The notes under the pieces are model-generated. The model did no database searches and was not told where the DNA came from. It saw nothing but the letters and a program-made list of their open reading frames with translations. The translations under genes and the position numbers were made by a program. 64,000 nucleotides of DNA from Narcine bancroftii (taxonomy: Eukaryota), in NCBI RefSeq assembly GCF_036971445.1, contig NC_091481.1, positions 13,950,001 to 14,014,000 of the forward strand, in the 5' to 3' direction. Positions 51,301 to 62,379 of the stretch are shown here, piece by piece. Within the stretch, counting starts at the first letter, position 1, and each line of letters opens with the position of its first letter.

Positions 51301-54300
51301 GGTATTTCTGGACTGGGGACTCAAATGTAAAAAAAATTGCCATTTATCCTCTTTCTGTTAAAGGTTGTAACTACAATGGACAGACTTTTCAGAATGGGGA
51401 TTCAGTCATCATTGATACATGCATGTCCTGTGTGTGTCTGGTGAGTGAACAAAGCAAGGAGTTGGCATTGCCAAGGCTTGGGCAGAGGGTCAGCTTCAGG
51501 AGAGGGCAATGAAGAATCAGAGGGGGAATAAGTCAGCACCTTCTGGAGAGGGGGAGCGAGTCAGAAGTTACTGGGGAGGAGGAGCAAGTCAGCACCTACT
51601 GGGGAGGGGGAACAAGACAGCACCTTCTAGGGAGAGGGGCGCGAGTCAGGACCTTCTTTGGAGGGGGAGCAAGTCAACATCTTCAGGGGAGGGGAGCGAG
51701 TCAGCACCTTCTATGGAGGGGGAGCAAGTCAACATCTTCAGGGGAGGGGAGCGAGTCAGCACCTTCTGGGGAGGGGGGGCAAGTCAGAAGTTACTGGGGA
51801 GGAGGAGCAAGTCAGCACCTACTGGGGAGGGGGAACAAGACAGCACCTTCTAGGGAGAGGGGTGCGAATCAGGACCTTCTGGGGTAGCACCAGCTCCTTC
51901 ACAGGATGGGGAGCACCTTTAGGGAAGAATGCCTCAGCGGCTTCAGGGGAGGGGGAGAAGCAGCAGCACCTTCAGAGAACACCTTGGGAGTGGGAGAAGC
52001 GACTCAGCACCTTCAGGGGAGGAGGTAGCACCTTTGGGGGAAGAGCAACTCAGTGTCCTTAGAGGATGGGAGCGGCAGCTCCTTTGATGATGGAGTGGGG
52101 GGTGGGCGACTAAGCACCTCAAGAGAGGGGGGAGTGACTCAGCACCTTCAGCAGTTATGGGGGGAGGTGATGAAAATATTATGGGTTATTTGGGTAGTTG
52201 TACACTTGACTTTAGGTCTGTGCTGAAGCCAGTGAGTGATGCAATGCCTCTGTCCTTTTGAAGAATGGAGATATATTCTGTGCGCCTGTGCAGTGTCGTC
52301 CCCTGAGCTGTAAGGATGTCGTGCAGAGACCAGGATCCTGCTGCCCTGAGTGTGCCCAAGGTGAGTAGTGAGTGTCAGGAGTATTTGCTATTCTGTTTCA
52401 TGTTTATTCTTTCATGTTGCACTCATTTATCCCAAATTGTGGCTGTTAATGAGACAGGAGACTGTGAACATTATAGGTGCTTTTGGAGATATGTTTGGTC
52501 CAGGGAACAAGAGTGCTGGCAACAGTTTGATTTCATGAGTCTTGAGTAAAGAGTGGATAAAGCTGAGGTTCAGAACACCTTGTGATGTACAATCCCTCAA
52601 CTCTGCTGATTCCCTGTATATTTTGTCTCTCCTTCTGGCATACCCTCAAGATTAAGAGTGATTTGTTTCCACACTAGATCTGTGGCTTTAAATGTGGACA
52701 ACAAGACCAATGTGGAACCCACATTCTGCACTGATGGTGGACATGTCTCTGAGTAGATGATGAGATGACTGGTTCCTTCTACCATTCATGCTTGACTTTG
52801 GTGTGTGTGAGCATGAGGCTCCACTGCCATCTGAGCAACATACCTGATACCAGTCCAACAGAGCCACTCATGGTCATGGTCACATGATGCTGAAGTTGTT
52901 TCAAATGAACCAAATGTAAATGGAGGTAAATTTCTTCAGGAGGCAGATACGAGGAGGTGCTCTAAAGTCCTTCACGTGTTGAAAAAGGCTACAAGGTATT
53001 TTTTGACCTCTTGTGCGTTGAAGACAAATGGATTCTACACTTATTTAGGGAGTAGCTCTCCTTCTCCTGGGAGGAGAAGCATGGCAATGACTGTCCATGT
53101 AGCAGTTAACATCTTGGTGATGGTCACAATTACACCTTCTGTAGAAAATCCTCTTCCTCCCAAAGACTGTAGATTTGCCATTTAACTTCTTCTCTGCCAA
53201 GTGCTAGAACTTTAGTTGGGATACCATCTGCTTACAAGCATTTTCAATTTTTTTAATAATCACAAGTAGCACTAGAGGTGGACTGGATAGAAGATGGAAT
53301 CAAGGGCATTCGTGTAAGGTCAGAGTTACAATTAGAACAAGAAATAGGAGCAAGAATTGGCTTCCTGGCCTACCCCACCATTCAGTGAGATCATGGCTGT
53401 TGTGACAATAGGCTTATCTCCATCTACCTGACTTTTCCCCACATCCCTTAATTCTCCTACTATGTAAAAATCTATCTGACCTTATCTTAAATATATTCAC
53501 TGACGTAGCCTCCTCTGCCTCATTGGGCAGCGAATTCCATACATACATCATCCCCTGGGAAAAGCAATTCCTCCTCATCTCCGACCTAAATCTACTACCC
53601 TGGATCTTATGTCCCCTAGTTCTAGTCTCCCCCACCAATAGGAAAACTTACCTACCTCTTATTTATGCCTTTTATAATTTTATATGTTTCTACAGGATCT
53701 CTTCTCATTCTTTTAAATTCAAGCAAGTACAGCCCTGATAACTCAATCTCTCCTCATAGGCTATCCCTCTCATCTCTGGAATCAACCTGGTAAACCTCCT
53801 CATGACTGCCTGCAAAGTCAGTACATCCTTCCTCAAGTGAGGAGACCAGAACTGCATGCAGTACTCCAGAAGTGAAATCACCAGTACCCTGTTGTAGCAT
53901 AACCTCCCTGCTCCTAAATTCAATCCCTCAATCGTTGAAGGCCACCATTCCATTTGCCTTCCTGATGGCCCGCTGCACCTGCAAAACAACCCTTTGTGAT
54001 TAATACACAAGCACTCTTAAGTCTTCCTGCATGGCAGCACGTTGTAATTGCTTCCATTTTTACTTCCAATGTGGATGACCTCACATTTGCCTACATTGTA
54101 CTCTATCTGCCAGACCTTTGCCCATTCTCTTAACCTAACTATATCTCTGCAGACTCTCCATATCCTCTGCACAATTTGCTTTTCAATTCATTTTAATGTC
54201 ATCAGCAAACTTGGATACACCACACTCTGTCCTCTCTTCCAGATCATTAATATATATTGTGAACAGTTGCGAGTCCAGCACCGACTCCTGTGGCATCCTG

Positions 54301-57300
54301 CTCACCACTGATTGCTAACCAGAAAAAAGCCCCTGTATCCCAACTCTCTGCTTTCTGTTGTTTATCCAATCCTCTATTCATGCGAATACATCACCCCCAT
54401 CTCTATGCATCCTTATCTTCTCTATGTCTTTATGCTGCACTTTATCGAAGGCCTTCTGGAAATCCATGTAAGCAATGTCCATTTTCTCCCCTCTATCTAC
54501 CACATTCATTATTTCCTCAAAGAACTCTGGTAAGTTCATCAAACAGGACCTGCCTTTGCTGAATCCATGCTATGTCTGCCTGATGGATCCATCTCATTCC
54601 AAATGCCTTACTATTTCTTCTGTAATGATCGCTTCAAACACAGATGTTAAACTAAATGGCCTATAGTTCCCTGCCTTTTGCCTACATCCTTTTTTAAATA
54701 GTGGCATGACATTCGCCGTCTACCAATCTGATGGGATCTGTCCAGAGAACTTCAGTATTTGTCATTCTGTAAGTGATGTGGACATTCTAGCTGTCTTGCG
54801 CTTTACCAATATTACATTTCTGCAGATGCCAGTGCCAGGACTGTTGCTGTAGTTACGTGGTCTTGTATTTATTCCCCTTCCTTTCTGTTACCTCTTGCCA
54901 GAGGATTGCCTCTTTCCCATCCTTGGTGTTGAAGTTGCCCAGGAGGATCAGTTTTTTTCTATCTGGGATATAGACCAGGGTTGGAATAATATCCTTGTTC
55001 CCTCGGTAGATGTCAGGGTTGAGGCAGAGAATCATAGCATGTTGATTCAGTATTAGAGTGAACCAGTGAGTTATTTTATGGAGGAGGCAGTGAGATGTGG
55101 ACTGGCTTATTTTTGGTGGCATAGTTCACTCCATGAAGATGGTATTTCTCTTCCAGTTCTCCCCTCCAGAAAGGGTACTCACACCCTTGCTTGAACACGC
55201 CATCTCCCTATTGATTTGCCTTATGCAGGGTAGCTACATCAATGACAGGGAGTGCCCACATGAAACCTGACATTCTCAGTGAGGCCTGGATCCATTGGCA
55301 TGGAAAACCATGATGAGTGGAGACCGTTCTGCCTTATAAACATTGGCCCTCTGTTGCAGAATCTCTTCTCTTTGAGACTGCCACTTCTTCACCACTCTGA
55401 CTTCCTCCCAACCTTCCTTTGATACCCACTTCAAACCCTTAACCCTCTATCAATTATGGGGCACTGCTGCCTATATCCCTGGTGACATTCCACTCCTTCA
55501 ATACCTGGTCCTGTTCCTGCCCTGCCTGCTCACTGAGCTGGGGAGAGGATGCTTGTCTGTTTCTGGGAGTGTGGCAGGCTTGTGATCGGCTTGGAGGATG
55601 CAGTGTGGTGCCTGTTGTGTGATAGGGAAGGGACTGTTGTTTAATAGAGGCATGAGTGTCTCAGCAGCAGGATCTTGGATGGCCGAGACTGGGGTGGTGA
55701 GGCCATTTTTGAGGCATCAGGAGCTCGGATGGGCAGGTTGCTGGGGCTTAGGAGAGAGTTTGTGGTAGGGGTATTTGGGACCCCTGGTGGGCAGGCTGAG
55801 GATCCATGGATGTGGTGTTGAGAGTGCCAGTGGGTGGGCGGTGAGGCGAAGGTCTGCAGTCTAGGCGAGTGGAGTTACGGTAGTTGGGCAATTAGGAGGT
55901 CAGGTTAGGTGGACAGTGTTAGGTAAAAACATCATGAGCTGGGAATGTAGAAGGAGTCACCCAGTGCTGGGCCGTAACAAGATGCAGTTGTGACCTTGAC
56001 TCAAGATAAGAGTGGGGATGACAAATTGATGTGCAGGAAACTAGCAGAGAAGGATAGCAACAGTTTATTCAGTGGACAATGTCATGGTATGATAATTTAC
56101 TAAGTACGTATCCTAAGGTATATAAAAAACACCACTTGCTGATAACGGCAGAATGCGCCTTCTCCAACTAACACTGTTAGTTGCAAGTGTTACAATCTGG
56201 CAATAAAGAACAAAGAACCTTGATTTCGACTCAGTCTGGTGTTTGACTCACTCATTCATGAACAAAGCAGACCTAACAACAGTCAGAGCCAAATATAAAG
56301 GGGTTGACTTTTACATGGGTATTATGGGAAAAAAACAAAATTTTTAGGCCAAAAAAAAGGGGGGGTCGACTATTACATGTGTATATATGGAAAATGGTGT
56401 TAAGAGATAGAAAAGAGAAGCACAATGTTCAGTATAGAGCAGTACTGATAAATAATTAACAATTCCTATTGATCAATTTGCTCAGAGCTTGATGTTCATT
56501 CTGTTCATGTGTTGGTCAAGACCATTCAGCCTCCTACACCACTTAATTAGTTCATGACTGATCTGCACTGCAACCACTTACACAGACTTACTCCTGTAAA
56601 AATGAATCCTTTTGTCAAATAAAAATCGTCTGTGTATGTGTATGTATGGCCATGCCTGTTGGCTTCTTTGTCTCTGTGTTAACCTACTCCCATAGTTAGA
56701 AACCATAGAAAACTACAGCACAGAAAACAGACTATTCAGCCCTTCTTCTCTGTGCCAAATCATAATTCCTCTAGTCCCACTGACCTGCCCCCATTCCATA
56801 ACCCTCCAGACCGCTCCCATCCACGTATCTATCCAATATATTCTTAAAACTTCAGAGTGAGCCTGCATTTACCACGTCGGATGGCAGCTTGTTCCAAACT
56901 CCAACCACTCTCTGAGTGAAGAGGTTCCCCCAAACCTTTCTCCCTAAAGGCATGTCCACTCGTATTTATCTCTCCCAATCTAAGTGGAAAGAGCCTCCTT
57001 GCATTTACTCTGTTTATTCCCTCATAATTTTGTAAACCTCTATCAAGTCTCTCCTCACTCTTCTACGCACTAAGGATTAATATGCCAACCTGTTTAATCT
57101 TTCCCTGTAACTCGACTCAGTAGTTGTGTAATGTGTTTTTTTTAGGCTGTGCCAATGGAAGAGCTCATGGAGAGAGCTGGAAGACTGAAATGTGTACCCA
57201 ATGCTCATGTGAGGTAAGGATGACCCTGTGACATAACATTATTCTCAAAGTGGAGTGAAGTTGAGATGAGCCACCCAGGTCAGACTCATTCCACCTTGTG

Positions 57301-60300
57301 TTGACTAAGGCAGATCCCATTCAGTGAATCCATTGAAAGCTGATACTTCTAGCTTGCATTTAATTGTTTGATTTTTTTAGGGTTCTTTTGAGTTGTAAGT
57401 AAGGAGTTTCAGAGATTGAAAGTTCAGTCTTTGAAACCCCCAGGATCTTGTTTCTTTTAAGAAAGATTTATGATCTGGGGGAAATGCCATCCAGCCAATG
57501 TATGAGGGGGTGGAGTCGGTAGTTTGTAAAGACTTGAGCAGTTGGCTATAAGAGCATTAAATAGAAATTGTTAATTAAAGATAGCACAGGACAATAATTT
57601 TTTTCAGAAGGTTTGCGTCCTGATAAAAAAATTGGGGATTACGATAGACAACTTTAGGATGAACACAAAGATAATTTAAGATTAGCTGTATCACGTAGGA
57701 AGTTGGAGAAATATTAAATTAACTTTTATTGAATTTTGCATGTTTAATCACATAATGATGTTGACACGTCGTGTTAGTTCAATTGACCTAAAAATGTTTT
57801 GCTGCTGATTTTCATTTGTACTCGGCATCTGATGCCTCTCATGTCAGCGTCCAACAATAGTCGGCCATCAATGAATTCCAGTTGCCCTGATACTGCTTTT
57901 CCATGGGTGCAATGTCCTGGTGAAATCTTTCATCATGTTCAGTTACTGACTGCACCAAGATCAGCAGGGAAGAAGTCTAAGTGCGAATGCAGAAAATGAA
58001 TTTCAATTCATGGTTTTGTATTATTGAATGTTAAAAATAAGACAGGAAATCACAAAAATAGGTTACATCTAAAATGAACAGTACTTGATAGGAAAGTTTT
58101 AAGGTGATTTTCTTAATCAACAGCCCAAAATCTATAAAATACACGTAAAAGTGTTCAGGAAGCACAATCTTCATTGTCCAGGGTAATCAACAGTAAGTGG
58201 CTGCCTGATTCAATACCAATATTTAAACCACTTGTCCTGGGTAACTGGGTCCAGCGAGCCCACCTGCTCTGAATGGCCTTGCCACCACAGGTAGATTGCA
58301 CATCCAGCTGCCGAGGAAAGATTTGCCCACCAGTGATAGTCTCCCCCACTATGGATGGGCCCTACTTTCTGGCCACTGCAGAGAGATGGACAGTCCTTGC
58401 TGTAGGAGAAACATGCTCATCACAGATCCCACTGTCCCCACTTTGGATAGCAGTGTTCAGCCTATCATTGATAGTTCTGCAAGTCATCTAGTCTCGCCCA
58501 CTGCAGTCCCACCCTTACCCACAGATAGAGAGCATACCAACTCTTCACATAAATCTTATGCTTCCAACCTCTATCATTCTCCTTCTCACCACCATCTCCA
58601 TTCTCCAAGCCACATTGTCCTTCCTAGTAAAACCACAGAAATGCTAAAGGTCCTCAGCAGGTTTCACAGCAACCATAGGGGGCAAAGATGTATTACTGAT
58701 ATTATGGGCCTGAGCTCTTCTTCAAGAGCTTCTTCAGTCATGCCTTAAAGTAGGGCACAAGCCCAAAACATTGGTTATATATATTTCCCTCATACAAACT
58801 CTGCAAAACTACATGCAGTCCCAGGCCAACTTGCTCTCCACATTGCCAGACTCCAAAAACCACAGCCCAGAGTTTTGAGCTAAATTTTCTGTTTATTCTG
58901 TCTTCCCACATACAGAAAGGTGCAGGTATTAAAACACATGAAAAATAATTCTGACTAATTCTTTATTTCTCAAAAGGGTGGAAATATTCATTGCGAGGAA
59001 ATCACCTGCCCAGAGCTCTTTTGTTTAGACCAATACAAGCCAGCTGGAGAATGCTGCCCCATCTGTCAGCCAGGTAACTTCAAAAGATGACTTTAGACAC
59101 CCTTTCATTAGGATCTGGGTGGCTGGAGAATTTAATTTGCATTTTTAAAATCTGAAAATAAATCAATAGTTGGTTCCATGAAGTTCCCAGAATGCTGTAA
59201 AACCTATCTAGTTGTTTGCTATGCTGTAAGGGAGGAATTTGTATTTTTGCCTGGTCTCTTCTGTTTGTGAACCTTGGTTCACCGCTGTGCTCTTAATTGA
59301 GAAAAGACCAAACAGTTTATCTCATTCATAAATAACATTGAAGGGCATGGACCCAGCAGCAACTGAGGCAGTGAATTCAGAAACAATAAAGGTGGACAGA
59401 CCCAGTTTACCCAGCAGAGCCTGGTTCACTAACAACCAGGAACACTGACTCCAACTTTTATTGTCATTGACATGGAATTGTCCAGTCCCTTGCCCTATCC
59501 TCACACATCCTCTCCCCGCCCCCCCCCCCCAACCATTCCCCAAGTCCCAAAGACCCATCTACTCCCCTGCTCTTCCCAACAACCCTCCTTCCTTTGCTCA
59601 TCCCTCCCAGAAGGACCTTCTTGGTCTTGCTGTGCCCCAAGGACCTTCCCATCCTTGCTCCACCCCTTCCCTCAAACCCTCCTGTTCTCAGCTCTGTCCC
59701 CTCATGGCCCCCAGTTTAAATCAGTTAGGGGTATTTTAGCCAACTTGCATGGCTACTGACTGGAATTGTTCCTGCCTACAATATTGGAACAAATCATCAA
59801 TAATTTTTGTTGGGCTAATAAGAAAATGGAGGCTCAATATCATAATTGGGGATCTATGCTTCCCAACTATCTACAACCTCACCTTATCTTGGAAGATTTA
59901 GAGATAATAAAATTGCTGGTCCAATCACTGCTCCTGTAGATTCTGAAGGATTAAGACTTCCATTGGAATCTCTCAAAGGTAACAAACTCTCATCCAGCTG
60001 CATTATATGATACCTGGCCAACATGAGCAACTTAAACGTGCAGCAGAAGGCTTCAGCGATGATGCTGAAGAACACCAAAGGTTTTCCACATATTCATTGA
60101 CCAACCAATCTTAGTTGATAAAGGGGAAAGGTACTGTATACTGAGTTTGAGGCCACTGACTTCACTGTGAATATGTCCTGAATAGAAGAACCAATTAGCC
60201 TTTATCTTCCTCCACACCAAGATGTCGGCATGGTTAGTGTAGTGGTTAGCATACCAGGTTCTAATCCAGTGTTTTCTTTCAGGAATTTGTACGCTCTCCC

Positions 60301-60897
60301 TGTGTCTGCATGGCTTTCCTCCAGATGCTCTGGTTTCCTCCCATCGTTCAAAGCGTACAGGGATTGTAGGTTAAGTCGGGTGTTCGGGCAGCATGGCCTC
60401 ATGGGTCTAACTTTAAAAATTAAAAATGTTTTATGCTATGATCAAAAGGACCTTGGCAGAAGTACAATAACAGTATTCAGTTTATAAAGGGAAGGCCATT
60501 TTCTAGCAATTCTTCCAGGACTTCCTCTATTTTCAAAGATCACGACCCACAAACCTTCTGCTGATATTTTCTCCAAGGAAATTGATTCAGGAAAAATCAT
60601 CATCAAATAATTTTAGAAAATAGGCATTAAAATTAAATGACTGCAAATGCCCTGCCTGAGTTTAAATTTTGCAAATTCTCAAACATTTCCTGATAGATGC
60701 TGTCATGAGACAGTTACTGGTCCAAATCCCTCTGCATTGCCAAATTCAGCAATCAGGGAGGAGTGAGATATTTTGTCTGTAATATCTGTGACCGACTCTG
60801 TACCTTTTGTACAGGCTGTGAATATGAAGGAAGGCAGTATATAAATGGAGAGGTTTTCTCATCCGTTACCAACCCCTGCATGAACTGTTCATGTGTG
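12288..60897 (+). CDS. kcp: Kielin/chordin-like protein gene, 5' part (multi-exon; continues beyond the window)
   Basis: 14 exons join in frame at GT-AG sites: 12288-12390, 30781-31334, 32457-32529, 36634-36887, 37897-38080, [41120-41259, 41648-42554, 45339-46713, 48750-48934], 51364-51440, 52264-52360, 57146-57213, 58977-59073, 60815-60897. The translation (..[73 protein letters not shown]..) closely resembles the N-terminus of Xenopus kielin as I recall it (signal, TSP-N, coiled coil, VWC repeats). Confidence 0.88.
13040..14078 (+). mobile_element. Rex1/Babar-type LINE fragments (another subfamily)
   Basis: [37 protein letters not shown]; ends in a (cttga)n-like tail. Confidence 0.8.
14120..15640 (+). 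mobile_element. CR1 LINE fragment interrupted by a non-coding element (about 14670-15435)
   Basis: attagtaaatttgcagatgatacaaaa (SKFADDTK), aaatgtgaagtaatgcactttgg; the CR1 resumes at ..ttaggccacatttggagtattgtgtgcagttc. Confidence 0.75.
15890..17400 (-). mobile_element. CR1 LINE, degraded
   Basis: [49 protein letters not shown]. Confidence 0.9.
20165..20840 (+). mobile_element. Non-coding interspersed element of about 700 bp
   Basis: Homologous to inverted copies at about 14670-15435 and 34540-35160; ends in aataaa and a short-unit tail; contains an internal 51-bp tandem duplication at about 20260-20350. Confidence 0.65.
22873..23230. mobile_element. hAT (Charlie-like) MITE
   Basis: Termini cagtggttctcaacct / aggttgagaagcactg with about 110-bp inverted arms; imperfect 8-bp flanks ctgtcaac / gtgtaaag. 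A truncated copy lies at about 6672-6940. Confidence 0.85.
24103..27724 (+). mobile_element. Near-intact full-length RTE-clade LINE (APE endonuclease and RT) with one nonsense codon
   Basis: APE motifs WNIRT, GDFNA, LDYI, TDH; RT motifs DLTKAFD, GVKQGC, FADD; C-terminal CxxC..H. ORFs 24111-26192 and 26295-27668 share one frame, split by TAA at 26190-92. Flanked by a 10-bp direct repeat acatgacaat (24093-24102, 27725-27734). Confidence 0.96.
30781..31334 (+). CDS. kcp: kcp exon 2: thrombospondin N-terminal (LamG-like) domain
   Basis: Pyrimidine tract and ag at 30779-80. The open frame has [42 protein letters not shown], typical of TSPN domains in the NELL/kielin group. Donor gtaaaa at 31335. 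Confidence 0.92.
32457..32529 (+). CDS. kcp: kcp exon 3: end of TSPN domain ([24 protein letters not shown])
   Basis: ctacag|GGA...CCAG|gtgaga; phase 0 in, phase 1 out, matching both neighbours. Too short to appear in the ORF track in this frame. Confidence 0.9.
36634..36887 (+). CDS. kcp: kcp exon 4: acidic linker and coiled coil
   Basis: tttttcag|AT...CGG|gtaggt; [13 protein letters not shown]...[22 protein letters not shown] shows a heptad pattern. Confidence 0.9.
36933..37318. repeat. 30-bp minisatellite, 13 units (ggagtttacacaggcRctgactcacWggcc)
   Basis: Exact 30-bp periodicity is visible directly. Confidence 0.97.
37897..38080 (+). CDS. kcp: kcp exon 5: end of coiled coil and first (partial) VWC repeat
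   Basis: gtttag|AAT...CTCA|gtaagt; [61 protein letters not shown]. Confidence 0.92.
39570..40160 (-). mobile_element. Rex1/Babar-type LINE 3' fragment
   Basis: Matches 5090-5700 and 1-125. Confidence 0.8.
41120..41259 (+). CDS. Cassette exon A: EGF-like domain
   Basis: ttcctag|AT...CAG|gtaatg; [15 protein letters not shown]...[16 protein letters not shown] has the six-Cys EGF spacing. The phase-1 entry matches exon 5. Confidence 0.88.
41648..42554 (+). CDS. Cassette exon B: Kunitz domain, GACC module with G[YF][DN] repeats, half-VWC, start of tyrosinase domain
   Basis: ctgtag|GTT...CAGG|gtaaag, 907 nt open. It reads [40 protein letters not shown] (Kunitz signature), then [13 protein letters not shown].. 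repeats, [23 protein letters not shown] (VWC-like), and [15 protein letters not shown] (tyrosinase N-terminal motif). Confidence 0.9.
43009..43191. repeat. Palindrome of inverted Penelope-type pLTR arms
   Basis: aaaactgttggaggaactcagcagg..cttcacca and tgatgaagg..cctgctgagttcctccagcagtttt are reverse complements over about 85 bp. Confidence 0.85.
43660..44710 (-). mobile_element. Rex1/Babar-type LINE fragment
   Basis: [34 protein letters not shown]; same family as 870-2870. Confidence 0.9.
45339..46713 (+). CDS. Cassette exon C: tyrosinase-fold (type-3 copper family) domain and second G[YF][DN] repeat array
   Basis: caacag|GT...ATCAG|gtaggt, 1375 nt open. [59 protein letters not shown] are tyrosinase motifs. 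Confidence 0.92.
48750..48934 (+). CDS. Cassette exon D: Cys-rich module
   Basis: ccttgtag|G (phase 2, matches exon C); [62 protein letters not shown]. Possible donor G|gttggt at 48935; otherwise reads through to a stop at 48976-48978. Confidence 0.82.
50345..50500 (+). pseudogene. Degenerate VWC pseudo-exon
   Basis: Strong acceptor (ttttcttcctttttag), then [40 protein letters not shown], with in-frame TAG at 50371-73 and TAA at 50461-63. The 3' end is uncertain. Confidence 0.65.
51364..51440 (+). CDS. kcp: kcp VWC exon (N-half): [25 protein letters not shown]
   Basis: aaag|GT...CTG|gtgagt; phase 1 to 0. Confidence 0.9.
51520..52150. repeat. G-rich degenerate minisatellite (about 30-bp unit ggggagggggagcRagtcagcaccttct)
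   Basis: Repeated agtcagcacct cores separated by G tracts. Confidence 0.88.
52264..52360 (+). CDS. kcp: kcp VWC exon (C-half): [32 protein letters not shown]
   Basis: ttttgaag|AAT...CAAG|gtgagt; CCPxC motif. Confidence 0.9.
53330..54750 (-). mobile_element. CR1 LINE, degraded
   Basis: [32 protein letters not shown]; TRGH..RRNCFSQ. Confidence 0.88.
54790..55250 (-). mobile_element. Old RTE LINE endonuclease fragment
   Basis: [11 protein letters not shown] (cf. GDFNA). Confidence 0.5.
55917..56278 (+). mobile_element. Solo LTR (Gypsy-like)
   Basis: Termini tgttagg...cctaaca (perfect 7-bp inverted repeat, TG..CA), 4-bp target duplication acag on both sides, internal tatataaaa (56119) and aataaa (56202). 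Confidence 0.85.
56690..57110 (-). mobile_element. CR1 LINE 3' fragment
   Basis: Typical CR1 3' end (ccctcataattttgtaaacctctatcaagtc; tagaaaccatagaa tail). Confidence 0.75.
57146..57213 (+). CDS. kcp: kcp VWC exon (N-half): [22 protein letters not shown]
   Basis: tttttag|GC...GAG|gtaagg; W..CxxCxC motif. Confidence 0.9.
58977..59073 (+). CDS. kcp: kcp VWC exon (C-half): [32 protein letters not shown]
   Basis: caaaag|GGT...CCAG|gtaact; CCPxC motif. Confidence 0.9.
60815..60897 (+). CDS. kcp: kcp VWC exon (N-half): [27 protein letters not shown]
   Basis: ttttgtacag|GC...GTG|gtaagt; last exon visible in the window. Confidence 0.9.
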
Positions 60898-61746
60898 GTA
60901 AGTCTACCATTGTTAAATGTTGAAGAACAGTGACATCAGCTCATTGATGCTTCACAGAAAAAGCCAAGCTTTTTGGCCTAGGTCTAAAATTGAATTTGAT
61001 GAAATACTGTGATTGAAGTAAAAACACAGAAATGCTGGAGAAGCTCAGCCAATCTTGCAGCATCCATTGGAGGTATAGATGCATTACTGATGTTTTGGGC
61101 CTGAGCCCTACCTCAAGGTATGAGTTTTAAAAAAAACAGGTGTCTGCATTAAAAGATTGGTGAAAAAGGAAGAATGGGATGGGGAGGAGTAGGGACCATC
61201 AGACAAAGGGAGCTAATTGGATATGATAAAAAGGACAGGGAGAGAGTAAAGGTGAGAATTGATTGGGGGAGGGGTGAAAGGAGACAGGGAAAAGAAGACA
61301 GACAGACAAAGCTAGAGGAAAGGAGACAAAGGGAAAAATGGGATGGGGGCTAATGGAAACCGAAAAGTTGATGTGAAGGCCATCCAGTTGGATAGACTTG
61401 CTGAGTTCCTCCAGCAGTTGAATTTAGTGCCTGGTTATGTGTCCTTGTGTATCTTGATTCTTTGATCTTTCTCTTTCAATTTTTTTATTGAGCATTTTTT
61501 TAGAATACATTATTTAGGGAAGATAAGGTTAGCAAATATGAAGAATAAAGTACATTTCCAAAAATAAAACAATAATGACATCCCTTCCTCATACAATGTT
61601 GTCAGAATGATAAAAAGGAAAAGAAACCAAAGAAAAAGAACTCTAATTCCCTACTGAATAAACCTGGGATATTTTGACATAAAATTAAAGGTGGTATAGT
61701 TTTGATGAATCTATAAAGCCTTACTAACTGAAGGAAAAACCATATA

Positions 61747-62370
61747 CAGTACAACTCCAATTATCCGAAATGGTCGGGACTGCGCCTATGTCGGATAAAT
61801 ATTTTTTATTTCAGATAGCTGGTAAATTTTTAAAAACAGCCCAGTAGCAACAGCAAATCACTTGTAACAGTGTTTATATAACAACAAACAATAAGGAAAA
61901 GCTTTTTAAGCATTAAAATAATGTTTAATTCTCACCAAAAAAATGCTGGCCACAGCCGATCACTGAGACCTCCCCACTGAGGCCCTGCCGCTGACGGGAG
62001 CATGTTGTCCTCACTCCTGCCCAGGAGGCCACTCTCCTTGATGACGCTGGGACAAGGAATTCTTCAAACCAGTTGTGGATAGGAGACAATACCATGCAGT
62101 TTGAGAGGAGGAGTGGGAGAGAAAAGTCGATAGGGAAAGGAAAAGAGGAAATGGAAAGAGAGAAGGGAAGGAGTTACCTGAAATGAGGGCAATCGTTGCT
62201 CTAATTTCATGTTGGGTGAATTTTTTTTCAACCTGTATAGTCAGTTCAGCTCCAAAAAAATTTCGCATTTTTGATTTATTTCAGATATCCTCATTTATCT
62301 GAAATTTTATTTTTTTTTAGTTAAATGAGGATTTCAGAGAATCCAATTTCAGATCATCAGAGTTGACCTG
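61747..62370. mobile_element. Tc1/mariner (Tigger-like) non-autonomous element
   Basis: ta|cagtacaactccaattatccgaaa ... tttcagatcatcagagttgacctg|ta: imperfect terminal inverted repeats and TA flanks. Confidence 0.65.
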
Positions 62371-62379
62371 TACATAAAT

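Noticed and set aside
51509-52062. Gly/Glu-rich ORFs
   Set aside because: Translations of the G-rich minisatellite.
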